From assembly GCA_963755715.1 (NCBI GenBank), contig CAVWLW010000045.1:1-64000 (forward strand): DNA of 64,000 nucleotides. Direction: 5' to 3'. This DNA comes from an uncultured delta proteobacterium (GTDB taxonomy: Bacteria > Desulfobacterota > Binatia > UBA9968). The notes below the pieces were generated by a model that was given only the letters and a program-made list of their open reading frames with translations, ran no database searches and was not told the origin of the DNA. The position numbers were made by a program, and so were the translations under genes. How positions within the stretch are numbered: position 1 is the stretch's first letter; each line of letters begins with the position of its first letter. Below, piece after piece: positions 42,246-52,729 of this stretch.

Positions 42246-43307
42246 ATGAGCACAGCCGCTGCGGTCAAGCGAACCGCGGAACAAGTACTGGGAAAAGATA
42301 AGATCATTTCGTCAGATTCCCATATCATGGAGCCGGTGGATCTATGGGAAGCCAACCTGACGCCAAGCCTCAAAGCCAAATTTCCGAAGTTTCCGCCGCG
42401 CAACACGGCCGGTGAGAAACCGGGCGGACACGATCCAAAGGCGCGCTTGGATGAGATGGCCGTCGACGGCGTCAGCGCCGAAGTTTTGTATGCGACGCAC
42501 GGACTGCGGCTTTACGCGCTGGAAGACGCCGAACTGCAAGAAGCCTGCTTTCAGATCGCTAACGATTGGATGATCGATTACTGCCAATCCTCGCCGGGGC
42601 GGCTGTTCGGTATCCCGATGATCTCGATGTACAACATCCCGAACGCCATCAAAGAGCTCGAGCGTTGCAAGAAGCAGGGCATGATCGGCTGCATGATTTG
42701 GCAGGTACCGCCCGAGCATCTGCCGTTTACCAGCGACTATTACAACCCATTCTGGGAAGCAGCGTCGGAGCTCGACATGCCGGTCAATGTGCATATCTTG
42801 ACCGGGTTCAACTATAGCCGCTTCGAGCGCAAGGGTTTGGATACGTATCGGATGACCGTCAATCAGAAGCTCACCGACGCGGCGAATACCTTATTCGATT
42901 TCGTCTTCGGCGGCGCGTTGGCAAAATACCCGAAGCTGAAACTCGTCTACGTCGAAAATGAAGTCGGCTGGATCCCGTTCTACTGCCACGAATGGGATAA
43001 ATATTTCGTGCGCCACAGCCCCAAGGCGCCGCTGGCGTATATGAAAAGGCTGCCGAGCGAGTACGTGCAAGATCAGGTTTTCGCGACCTTCTTCAGCGAT
43101 CCGTGCGGCGGGCGCATGATGGATTGGTTCGGCGAAAATAATTTCATGTGGTCGAGCGACTATCCGCACGCCGCGTCGACCTGGCCCCATTCGCGCCAAG
43201 TCATCGCCGACGAGCTCGGCCATCTGCCGAAACCGGTCATCGACAAAGTCGTACGGAGCAACGTGATCGATCTCTATCACCTGAAGGTTGACGGCGTTAA
43301 CAACTAA
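42246..43307 (+). CDS. Amidohydrolase_2 family protein
   Basis: IISSDSH, HILTG, ENEVGW, SSDYPH motifs. Confidence 0.9.
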   Translation: MSTAAAVKRTAEQVLGKDKIISSDSHIMEPVDLWEANLTPSLKAKFPKFPPRNTAGEKPGGHDPKARLDEMAVDGVSAEVLYATHGLRLYALEDAELQEACFQIANDWMIDYCQSSPGRLFGIPMISMYNIPNAIKELERCKKQGMIGCMIWQVPPEHLPFTSDYYNPFWEAASELDMPVNVHILTGFNYSRFERKGLDTYRMTVNQKLTDAANTLFDFVFGGALAKYPKLKLVYVENEVGWIPFYCHEWDKYFVRHSPKAPLAYMKRLPSEYVQDQVFATFFSDPCGGRMMDWFGENNFMWSSDYPHAASTWPHSRQVIADELGHLPKPVIDKVVRSNVIDLYHLKVDGVNN

Positions 43308-43335
43308 ATTACAAACCACCTTGAAAGGAGTTCCC

Positions 43336-43818
43336 ATGCACGCAGCGAGAAAGTTAGAACCCACGGAGAAACCGAAGACGCAAAAGTTTTCGCTCAGGAC
43401 CCCGTACATGAAGCAGGGCCGGATCACCCAGCTGGTCGCGGAAACCGAAAACATGTGGATTCATACCAAGATCAACTACGAGGGCGGCGAAAACGAGATT
43501 CACTGTCATCTCGATGAAGACCATTCATTCATCGTGCTCGAAGGGCAGATGAGCGTCTTCGATGAAAACGGCAACGAGATCAAGGTCGAAAAACATCAGG
43601 GCGTCATGATCCCCAAGGGCGCCTATTACCGTTATCACAACACCGGCAAGGAAAACTTGGTCGTGATTCGCGTCGGCGCGGGAGTCAAAGGTCAGAAGCA
43701 GGGCGGCGAAGAAATGCGTGTTCGCCCGGACGGCAAGCCGTTACCGGCTTACTCGGCGGAGAACAAAACAGTGGAGCCGATCGAGGACACGAGATTTTTT
43801 GCGGACTCGGCCGGATAG
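43336..43818 (+). CDS. Cupin domain protein
   Basis: GGENEIHCHLDEDHSFIVLEG and IPKGAYY motifs; AAGGAG RBS. Confidence 0.88.
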   Translation: MHAARKLEPTEKPKTQKFSLRTPYMKQGRITQLVAETENMWIHTKINYEGGENEIHCHLDEDHSFIVLEGQMSVFDENGNEIKVEKHQGVMIPKGAYYRYHNTGKENLVVIRVGAGVKGQKQGGEEMRVRPDGKPLPAYSAENKTVEPIEDTRFFADSAG

Positions 43819-43848
43819 TGTCGAAACCGTTTTGAACAGAGTTCATAT

Positions 43849-43885
43849 CACCGGCCACTGACCGTTCAGTGGCCGGTGTCGTTTT
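43849..43885 (+). terminator. Stem-loop, probable terminator
   Basis: 13-bp stem CACCGGCCACTGA/TCAGTGGCCGGTG followed by TCGTTTT. Confidence 0.55.
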
Positions 43886-43895
43886 GGGAGGCGGT

Positions 43896-44459
43896 ATGAC
43901 CCAAGCTATTCGGCCCATGCCGGAAGAAATGCCGGTCGAGTTATGGCGCGGCTTCAAACCTAATAACGCGATGTGGCGGGGAAGTGTCGTCGAAATTTTC
44001 GTCGCGCCGGAATCGGCGGCGGAGATGGTGGCCGTTCCGGAAGTGCGCGCGCTTGCCGACCGTGGTCTTGAAGGCGATCGGTTCTTCCGTGAGTCGTGGA
44101 ATGCCGTCAATCGGTCGGATAAGGCGGTGAGTCTCATCGAAGACGAAGTTCTGCAACTCGCCGCTCAGGAACTCGGCGTCGCATCGATTGCCCAGAAAAC
44201 CCGGCGCAATATTGTCACTCGCGGCGTGCCGCTAATCGAATTGCTCCATCGTGAGTTTACTGTCGGCGGCGTGCTCATGCGCGGCATTCGTTTGTTCGAG
44301 CCCTGCGGCCATTTGGTCAAAGTTTCCAAGATGCCGGGCATTTTCAAGGCGCTAGACCATCGTAGCGGCCTGAAGGCGGCGATCCTCACCGACGGCGAGA
44401 TCCATGTCGGCGATGCGTTGACGCTCGTTGAACCTCAAGCAGCGGTCGTCTCGGCCTAA
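43896..44459 (+). CDS. MOSC domain protein
   Basis: GLEGDR, RRNIVTRG, EPC, RSGLKAAILTDGEIHVGD motifs. Confidence 0.88.
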   Translation: MTQAIRPMPEEMPVELWRGFKPNNAMWRGSVVEIFVAPESAAEMVAVPEVRALADRGLEGDRFFRESWNAVNRSDKAVSLIEDEVLQLAAQELGVASIAQKTRRNIVTRGVPLIELLHREFTVGGVLMRGIRLFEPCGHLVKVSKMPGIFKALDHRSGLKAAILTDGEIHVGDALTLVEPQAAVVSA

Positions 44460-44554
44460 CGCTCGGGAGTTGCTTGCCTGTCAATCTCACCTGAGTTAGT
44501 TTCCAGCGTGGCCGTACCCGCGGCCATCGGGTCCAACAAATTTACGGAGACTCT

Positions 44555-45495
44555 ATGGAATTCGGACTCCATTTGCCCGCGTCCACGGCGGGGATTAAAT
44601 CGGAGGATCTCATCCGCTTCGCCCAGCAGGCCGAGACGCTGGGATTTTACTGCATCACCGTCGCGGACCACGTCATCGTTCCGCGCGACATCTCTGTGCC
44701 GTATCCGTATACGACCGACGGCAAATATCCTGGCACGGGTTATCACTTGGAAACTCTGATGACCATGGGGTTTCTCGCCGGCGCGACCAATCGCATTCGC
44801 TTTGTCACCAGTGTCATGATCCTGCCGTATCGCAATCCCATCGTTACGGCGAAGATGCTCGCGAGTCTCGACGTTTTGTCCGGCGGGCGCGTGATCGTCG
44901 GCGCTGGGCGTCGGCTGGATGAAGGAAGAATTCGAAACCTTGCGCACCGAGCCGTTCGAGGAGCGCGGCAAAGTCACCGACGAATATATCGCCGCGTTTC
45001 GAGAGTTGTGGACGAGCGACAATCCGAGCTTCAGCGGCAAATATTGCAACTTTTCCAACATCGTCTTTCTCCCCAAGCCCGTGCAGAAGCCGACGATCCC
45101 GATCTGGATCGGCGGCCACAGCAAACAAGCGATCCGCCGTGCCGCGCGCCTCGGCGACGGCTGGCACCCCATCGGCGGCGTGCCGACGATTCCGTTGGAG
45201 CCAGAGGATGTCGCCGCAGATATGTTGATGTTACGCGAATATGCGGAAAAAGCCGGGCGTGATCCAAAAACAATCCGCGTCGCCTTGAAAGGCTCGCTCT
45301 TCGACCGTGAAAAACAAATCACGCCGGGAAAGCGGCGGCGGTTTATTGGCAGCGCCGAAGAGGTCGCCTCAGACATCCGCGACTATCGCAGCGGTCGGCG
45401 TCGACACGATGATTTTCGACGTGCGCCGGCCGAGCATCGCCGAAACGTTGGAGCGGATGGAATGGATGGCGAAGGACGTGTTTCCAAAAGTGTAG
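44555..45495 (+). CDS. LLM-class (probably F420-dependent) oxidoreductase (frameshifts near 44907 and 45388)
   Basis: ADHVIVP, LPYRNPIVTAKMLASLDVLSGGR, (GVG)WMKEEF, PKPVQKP, IWIGG, RAARLGDGW. Confidence 0.88.
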
Positions 45496-45574
45496 GGCGG
45501 TGTTTCTAAACGTCGCTGAATATTTCATGATTTCCGATTTATGTATCCGCCGTTGCCAAGAAGCTGCGGGATAA

Positions 45575-45660
45575 TGTCATCCTGAGGCAACGCCGAAGGA
45601 TCTCGCCTTTTACGGCTAATGCTTCGGTCGAGATTCTTCACTATTTTGTTTAGGATGACA
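45575..45660. repeat. Intergenic palindromic element TGTCAT...ATGACA (copy 2)
   Basis: TGTCATCCTGA/TAGGATGACA termini and an inner GAAGGATCTCG/CGAGATTCTTC stem. Confidence 0.75.
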
Positions 45661-45666
45661 CCGCAT

Positions 45667-46776
45667 ATGATTCTATTGCGGCAATTTTTGGTCTGGTCGA
45701 TTCCGTTGTGGCTTACGGCGTTTGCAGTCGCGGCCTTTGCCGCCGATGCAAAGCCCGGTTGGCAGGGGGACTGGGAGCGAACGCTGGGCGCCGCAGAGAA
45801 GGAAGGCGAAGTTGCCGTCGCCATCTACGATCAGGGGCCGGTGACCGCGGCGGTCGTCGACGCCTTCCAGAAAACCTTTCCGAAAATCAAAGCCAACTCG
45901 CTGCGCGCCCGTGGCAGCCAGATCGGGCCGAAAATCATCGCCGAGCGGCGCGCGGAAAAATATCTGATCGATTTATTCACCGGCGGCAAAGGCACGGCGC
46001 TCAGTACCTTGCACGCCGGCAAGGCGCTCGATCCGATCAAACCGTTATTGATCCTGCCCGAAGTCGTCGATTCGTCGAAATGGTGGCAGGGCAAAGTTCG
46101 TTACGTCGACCCCGAGGGAGCCTACGTCCTCGCGTTTGTCGGCAACGGCGGCGGTGTCGAAGTCACTTTCAACACGAATTTGGTCAATCCAAAAGAACTA
46201 AAATCCTATTGGGATCTCGTCAATCCGAAATGGAAAGGAAAAATCGTCGCTACCGATCCGCGTGTGGCCGGGCAAGACCGGCCGGTGCTGTATTTCTACC
46301 ACAGCCCGGCGTTGGGACCGGATTTCATGCGCCGGCTCTACGGCGAAATGGATATCGCGATCAGCCGGGATTACCGCCAACCGATCGATTGGTTGTCAGT
46401 CGGCAAATACGCGCTCTGCATCCCGTGCAATTCCCGGGAAGTGGAAAAGGGGATGAAACAAGGACTGCCGATTGCACAAATCAACCAATTCAAGGAAGGC
46501 GTCACGCTCACTTCGTCCGGCGGTACGCTCAGTTTCCTCAACCGCGCGCCCCATCCCAACGCCGCTAAAGTCTTCGTCAACTGGTTGTTGTCGCGCGATG
46601 CGCAGACGCTGATGCAGAAATCCGACGGCTCCGATTCGCTGCGCGTCGATATCCCCAAGGATTCAGTCCTCGCGGAAAACCGCCGCCTAGCCGGGGCCGA
46701 ATATCTCGACGGCGACGATCCGAAATTCTCGGATCGCCGTCCCGCCGATAAACTACTCAATGAAATCTTGAAATAG
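45667..46776 (+). CDS. AfuA-like extracellular solute-binding protein
   Basis: Signal peptide, AAEKEGEV, FNTNLV, APHPNAAKVFVNWLLS. Confidence 0.88.
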   Translation: MILLRQFLVWSIPLWLTAFAVAAFAADAKPGWQGDWERTLGAAEKEGEVAVAIYDQGPVTAAVVDAFQKTFPKIKANSLRARGSQIGPKIIAERRAEKYLIDLFTGGKGTALSTLHAGKALDPIKPLLILPEVVDSSKWWQGKVRYVDPEGAYVLAFVGNGGGVEVTFNTNLVNPKELKSYWDLVNPKWKGKIVATDPRVAGQDRPVLYFYHSPALGPDFMRRLYGEMDIAISRDYRQPIDWLSVGKYALCIPCNSREVEKGMKQGLPIAQINQFKEGVTLTSSGGTLSFLNRAPHPNAAKVFVNWLLSRDAQTLMQKSDGSDSLRVDIPKDSVLAENRRLAGAEYLDGDDPKFSDRRPADKLLNEILK

Positions 46777-47344
46777 GATACTCTCGAATTGGTTTTTCGC
46801 GGGCGACTTTTTTCGATGAGGTAAGGATCGGATCCTAGTTTCCCAAGGATGACTGCCGATGCCGAACGCCGAATTTGATTTTCCGGACTGGCCGCATTAA
46901 TCCTCAATTGATGTACCATTCACGGCGCGCCATGCGAACACTATTGGGGTTCGTAATTATCGCGGCTCTCATCCTTGGCTAGGGCTACTATCACGCTGCC
47001 ACTCACGGCTGGATGTACATCAGCTTAATCGATGCATCACCGACGGAGCGAATTGTTCCGCTGCGCTCCAACCGATTCAAAGTTTGACGGGTCAACGAAA
47101 TAGTCGAGTCGTAGAGGTCTGGTGGGCCAAGCGGCGTCCCGCTGCTCAAGAATTAGTTTTTTCGCGTTGTCTTAGCGCCTCGATTTTTTTCATAATTTCC
47201 TCCCCGGCTCTGATACCGTTAAAAGACGATGGCGCATTCGGGGACTGAAATACGGCGCATCCGCACCCACACCCGTTAGGTAAGTGAGATTTTTGGCGGT
47301 GCTTACAGTTTTGACACTGTTCCATCTGTCTTTTCCTTTTTAGT

Positions 47345-47607
47345 TATTTGCGGGCGTCTAGCGGACTTGCGGAGCACTTCTTCGCCTCGGTGTTTCGCAA
47401 AACCGGCCGTGGAAGATGCAACGTTCGCTGTTATAGATGGAAAAATTGCCTTTGATCACGTGACTCGCCGGGCAATGAAACTCATCGACCGGGAGCGCGC
47501 TGCTGTTGTTGCGCAACCGCTTGTGAGAATGCCGCTTGGCTGGACCAGTACTTGCCCAATCCCGCCGCAGCCACAAAAAAGATGAGACAAACCAAAAACC
47601 ATTTCAT
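47345..47607 (-). pseudogene. Degraded small secreted protein with CPxxxxIKGN motif
   Basis: MKWFLVCLIFFVAAAG leader, then CPASHVIKGNFSIYNSERCIFH and KKCSASPLDARK in shifted frames. Confidence 0.4.
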
Positions 47608-47888
47608 CGGATTTCCGCCTTTCCCTGACGCTCGTCACTATCCCATTAGCGAAAGGCATGCCGCCCGCGATATTCCCTTTAATGCATCAAAGTGCCGTAG
47701 ATTCCGTTTTGGAAGTGCGCACAACTGTCATGGTCCGACAAAAGGTTGTGCGGTGACGGACAGGGCTCCGGTGCCGCGGTATAAAATCTGATGTGCCCCA
47801 TAGTAGGCCAAAATCGCTCGGGAGCAGGCTGCCCAATCACAAACAGTTGCTGCGTCAATCCGTTCGCGCTGATTGCCAACTGAAGTTC

Positions 47889-48252
47889 TCATTCAAGTCG
47901 TTTCTTTGATAGAAGTTCGCGATAGGAGTATTGATGGGCGGCGTTGAGGCCCATCTCCATCGCCGCGTAGTTAATTGGAACAGGAAGAATTGTTGCGGCG
48001 ATAAGCCCGTTTGTTAGCGTGGCAAACGCCGGCCGCACATGGATCAGGTTGTAGTCCTTGCCATATTCAAATCCACGGGAGCCTAAAACCGATCTCAAGG
48101 CGTCGATAAGCGAGTGTGGAATCGTGACCTTGGTCAACGTCGATGGAATCAAGACGATCACCCGGCTCTACAATGAAATGAATCAGACGAAAGGGCCGTT
48201 AGCGAATCCCGCAAAGGATGTGTACCCGAGTTATTTGAAAGGAGCGCTATGA
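47889..48252. pseudogene. Rearranged fragments of an NMT1-type solute-binding protein on opposite strands
   Basis: Minus strand: LGSRGFEYGKDY...LTNGLIAATILPVP (mid-SBP). Plus strand: VNVDGIKTI...PAKDVYPSYLKGAL* (SBP C-terminus). Confidence 0.5.
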
Positions 48253-48543
48253 GATGGGAAATCGTAAAGGAGCCGCCCATGACCAAGATCTAAGAGGTAC
48301 GTTGGAATCATAATCCGCGAACCGGGACCAATCTGCCATTAGAAGGTGTGAAACGCGTACTATGTTTGCCGTTTTTATATTATGCATAGGTCGTAATTTT
48401 GCGGCAGGAAGTCAGCATCACTCGCTATCAAAACTCATCCTAGCTTAGCGCCAGGTGCGGAAGACAGCTCCTACTCATGAATGTTCTTGTTGTTTCTAGC
48501 CGCCGAGTGAATACAATAGCCACTGTTTGATCGGAGGTGTGCT

Positions 48544-49020
48544 ATGGTTGCTACAAGGCACTACGATGAAGATCTCAGAGCCATCGGCCAAGCTCTCGAA
48601 GCTAGAGACATTAGCAATTTTGAACTAAAGCGTCTTACCGACACGTATATCATTAGCGGCATGCCTGAGCAGACTCGCTCGGTTCGTTCAAGGGTACGGC
48701 AGTGGCTGCTGCGATTGCGTAGCGGTACCCGAGATGAATCATTAACGTTTGGATTGGCGGACGTTGAGAAACTTTCCCAAGCGGGGCGAGCGCGGCGCTC
48801 TAAGCCGGGACAGCTTACGGATTTTCGGCGTGTTTCAAATAACTTACGTACAATAGGCGCCTATCTCGATTCCAAGGAGGTTGAACTGGTTGAGCTGCAC
48901 AAAAGGCCAATTTCCATAACACTGTCGTATCGAAATAAGGCAGGAGAGGAACAAAGGGAAGACCGCACCATTTCATCATTCTATAATTTTTTTCTTCAGC
49001 TTTGCGGAAAGCGAAGCTAA
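48544..49020 (+). CDS. Hypothetical protein with an internal repeat (LRxIGxxL twice)
   Basis: 158 aa, GGAGG RBS; LRAIGQALE and LRTIGAYLD. Confidence 0.75.
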   Translation: MVATRHYDEDLRAIGQALEARDISNFELKRLTDTYIISGMPEQTRSVRSRVRQWLLRLRSGTRDESLTFGLADVEKLSQAGRARRSKPGQLTDFRRVSNNLRTIGAYLDSKEVELVELHKRPISITLSYRNKAGEEQREDRTISSFYNFFLQLCGKRS

Positions 49021-49305
49021 ACGAAAAAAATCACTGCTCCATTAAATCTTCCGAATGCTCGGCCGCTGCTCAAACCTGAGCGTATCCACCGATTGAAGGG
49101 CCGGTCCTCGGGGTGCGGCTGTCGCATCGCGTGCGTCATAATTTGAGGCGAACAATCGGCAAGGACTAACAAGTCCGGGCGTTGTGCGTTACCATGACAG
49201 GTGAAGAAAGTTCCTGATCGAAACCCACCGTTGTGCGCCACTGCTTACGACGGTTGACTGTAGAACTAGGCCGGTGAAAGCAGCTTAGGTCGATGTTTTT
49301 TGACG

Positions 49306-49776
49306 TGAAAACGAAACAGTTCAAGTCGTCCGACGGAATTGCCGCAGCCATTGCGATTGCTTGCGTCCTGTTTTTTTCGTTCGAAGTACTACCTCAACAG
49401 CAAGAGCTGGCTGTCTTACTATCCAGCGGTTTCAAGGCTACAAGGGACGCTCACTAAAGTCTTCAAATACGGTAAGCCGTCCTACGGCGCAGAGCCAGAA
49501 ATGGATGAGAAAGTAGAAGTGCCCATTCTGATTCTTCAAACGCCCGTGCGGGTCAAGGCCCGATCGACTAGCAGCGTCAACAACGAATCCGTCACCAATG
49601 TTTCATTTGTCCAACTCATCTTCCCACCCGAGATTGATGAAAATTATGCAAAACATCTCGACAAAAATATCGTCGTGGCGGGAACGCTCGTGAGGGGTTA
49701 TAAAGGAGAGCACTTTACCGACGTGGTAATGACCGTGAAGGCAGTGAATCCGACCGGAAAACCCACGACCCGGTGA
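49306..49776 (+). CDS. DUF4431-like secreted OB-fold protein (frameshift in the T-run near 49375)
   Basis: LSYYPAVSRLQGTL..YGKPSYGAEP, VQL, VVAGTL..HFTDVVM; hydrophobic leader in an upstream frame. Confidence 0.6.
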
Positions 49777-50324
49777 TAGGCCGTAGTGAAGTTGCGTGCA
49801 AACACGCCGTATCGAGCGGCTATATCGTAAAAAGTTTCGTACTCACTCGCTCAGGACGATTGACCTTTGAGGACAATGAACGAAACCAGCGCGACAAGGG
49901 CTCGCCACCACCCAAAGCGAGAAGTTCGATTCTTAATAGACCGTCTTTTTGGCTCAAACGGCTCATTTATGATTCGAGACATTGTTCAACCTCGTGAAAC
50001 CAATGTTGTGGCGGAGCAAGACGGATGCCAATTAAATATGGCGCTATGATTCGACAAACCGGTGGAAAATTGTTGAGAAAAGCGCTGCGGATTCTGTTTA
50101 CCGGCAGGTTACCGAAGTTACCCACCGTCAACCTTGTCTTGTCAAATTGACGCTTCGTCAAAACTGCCTGACTGAGAAGACCCAATTCTACCATTCTAAC
50201 GGTCGGGTTACGAACCCGCCATGCGTAAGCGCTGGTTCAATAAGAGGCTGTAGGATCAAACTTTGACAAGAGTCAGCAAAACAGTCGACTCTCGGGATTG
50301 AAATCAATGTAAAGGAGATAAAAC

Positions 50325-50921
50325 ATGCGCGAGATCCTGACAGATATCTTCACTTGGCCGTGGTTTTCGGAACCGCACGGATACAATTTTAACGGGCACT
50401 TCATTCGGCACGCTGGTAGGAATCTATGCGTCGATCCCGTGGAGCCGAGTGAAGAGGATTTGGCCGAGCTGGCGCGTCAGGGGGTCGCGCGCATTCTCAT
50501 TACCAATCGCAACCATTCGCGCGCGGCGAACAAGATTCGTGCACGCACCGGCGCACGGACGGCGATCCATCCAGCCGATGCGCCGCACGCTCGCAAAGAA
50601 GGTGCGGAGCTGGATGACGAATTGAATCCAGGGGACAAAGCTGGTCCGTTCGTGGTGATCGACTCGCCGGGGAAATCGCTGGGAGAAGTTGTCCTTCACT
50701 GGCCGGAGCGAAGAATCCTGCTCGTCGGGGATGCTGTGGTCGGCGATCCGCCTGGGAGGTGCAAGCTCTTACCGGACAAGGTGGTGGACGATCCACCGCG
50801 CCTACGCGACAGCGCGCGGGGATTGCTGGCGCTCGACTTCGATATTTTATTGGTGGGTGACGGCGTGCCGATTCTACAGTCGGCTAAGGAGCGGCTGCGG
50901 GAATTAGTTGATACATTTTAG
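50325..50921 (+). CDS. MBL-fold hydrolase-like protein
   Basis: CVDP, ITNRNHSR, PGKSLGE, LVGDA and LVGDG motifs (degenerate metal site); AAGGAG RBS. Confidence 0.8.
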   Translation: MREILTDIFTWPWFSEPHGYNFNGHFIRHAGRNLCVDPVEPSEEDLAELARQGVARILITNRNHSRAANKIRARTGARTAIHPADAPHARKEGAELDDELNPGDKAGPFVVIDSPGKSLGEVVLHWPERRILLVGDAVVGDPPGRCKLLPDKVVDDPPRLRDSARGLLALDFDILLVGDGVPILQSAKERLRELVDTF

Positions 50922-51112
50922 CATCCAGACGGGTTCGAATCGTTCCAACGGTTCAAGAGCTCAAGTTTTGAACCGTTTAAGGGTTCAAATACAGCCAGCC
51001 AACACATCCGCTTATGGCGGACGTTTGTCGGATTATTTTGCGTAATAACCTGTCGAGAATCAGACCGCGCAGTGATTCACCTAGGATCGAGAGGCGGATT
51101 CGTTACGCGGCG

Positions 51113-51397
51113 CTATTTCTGCGGTTTTGTGGGCTTCGTCTGTTTTCGCGGATCTTCGTTTTCAGGCAAGCATAGATAAATCATTGAGCTGTTATTGTTA
51201 GTAAAGGTCACACTGTTGCCATCGAACTTGGCGTCTTTAAACTGGCGCCACATGTCCAGTTTTTCTTTTACACTTGCCTGGCACTTTTCCTGAGACCCCA
51301 AGCCGGGCGCGGGTAACCAGCTATCCGAGGTCGCGGTTTGGGTTCGGGTCCAAAGCGTCCACAGCAAAAGCAGACTTATGGCACAGGTCTTTTTCAT
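51113..51397 (-). CDS. Small hypothetical secreted protein (two Cys in the mature part, CLPxxxDPR end)
   Basis: 94 aa, hydrophobic N-terminus, GAGAGG RBS. Confidence 0.65.
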   Translation of the reverse strand: MKKTCAISLLLLWTLWTRTQTATSDSWLPAPGLGSQEKCQASVKEKLDMWRQFKDAKFDGNSVTFTNNNSSMIYLCLPENEDPRKQTKPTKPQK

Positions 51398-51699
51398 AAA
51401 ACCCTCTCGTCTCCTGGACGTATGTTAGACGATCCATTCGGAAAAATCTTGTATTTAAATGTGCGGTAGCGGTTTGCCTAACCTAGCGGGACACGTAGGT
51501 CCGGCCCTACGACTGACGCTGCTGGTGTTGGCAATCGCCTGCGTAAGATTCCTGTGCGCGCCGTCCCGTTACCGGCATTGCCCGCTCTTTCTCAATCCGA
51601 GTTAATCCGGAGCTTCGTTTCAGCACTGCGTACTCACTTGACACATGGCTTGTCCGGGGCGTACAGGGTGACAAGAAGCGGCGAAGGGAGAAATAAATT

Positions 51700-52722
51700 A
51701 TGACGACGAATTTCGAAGTCATCGACGCCGACGGGCATATTACGGAAGAGGACAGCCAGCTCAAAAAATACATGGAAGCGAAATATCGCGACCGGGCGGC
51801 GACGCTCACGCCGCGCGATAGCTGGGACCGCTCTTTGAGCGGAAAATTGGGCACGCGCGCCAAAGACGCCAAAAGCTGGCTCGACGCCATGGACAAAGGA
51901 CGTGTTTCGACGGCGGTGCTCTATCCAACCAACGGCTTGAGCGTCGGCTGGATACGCGAGCCGGATGTGGCGGTGCAATATTGCCGGGCATGGAATGATT
52001 TCTGCTCGGAAGAGTTTCAAAAAGCCAGCCCGCGTCTTAAATGCGTCGCCTTGGTGCCGTTTCAAGATGTGACCGAAGCGGTCAAAGAGCTGCGCCGGGC
52101 GGTCACCGAATTGAAGCTCGTCGGCCTGATGCTCCCAGCGGTGGGTCTGCGGTTGCCGTTGGGCCATGAAAGTTTCTGGCCGATCTACGCCGAGGCGGAG
52201 AAGCTCGGCTGCATGGTCGGCTCCCACGCTACAGTGCGCGGGCCGCACTATTTTGCCGGCGATATGTTCGACCAGTTTATCGAAGTGCACACGCTGTCGC
52301 ATTCGTTCGCGCAAATGTTGCAGGCGTGCAGTATGATGTTTCGCGGCGTGTTCGATCGTTTCCCGAATCTGCGCGTCGCTTTTATGGAAGCGGGGTGCAG
52401 TTGGGCGCCCTACTGGTTCGGGCGCATGAACGAGGAGTGGGAGAAGCGCGGCGAAGTGGAAGCGCCGATGTGCAAGAGAAAGCCGACGGAATATCTCAAA
52501 GACGGGCGAATCTATTTTCACGCCGAAGACTACGAGCCGATGATCGGCGCGACCACCGAGGTGTTGACGCACAAGGTCATTTACTACGCTTCCGACTATC
52601 CGCACTGGGACACGGAGTTTCCGGAAAATATCGAGCATCTCGGCCGACGCAAAGATTTGAACGACGAGGCTAAGAAATGGCTCTTCGCCGAGAGCGCGAA
52701 AAAACTCTACAACCTGCAGTGA
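51700..52722 (+). CDS. Amidohydrolase_2 family protein
   Basis: VIDADGH, RAWNDF, ASDYPHWD motifs. Confidence 0.9.
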   Translation: MTTNFEVIDADGHITEEDSQLKKYMEAKYRDRAATLTPRDSWDRSLSGKLGTRAKDAKSWLDAMDKGRVSTAVLYPTNGLSVGWIREPDVAVQYCRAWNDFCSEEFQKASPRLKCVALVPFQDVTEAVKELRRAVTELKLVGLMLPAVGLRLPLGHESFWPIYAEAEKLGCMVGSHATVRGPHYFAGDMFDQFIEVHTLSHSFAQMLQACSMMFRGVFDRFPNLRVAFMEAGCSWAPYWFGRMNEEWEKRGEVEAPMCKRKPTEYLKDGRIYFHAEDYEPMIGATTEVLTHKVIYYASDYPHWDTEFPENIEHLGRRKDLNDEAKKWLFAESAKKLYNLQ

Positions 52723-52729
52723 GGTATTG

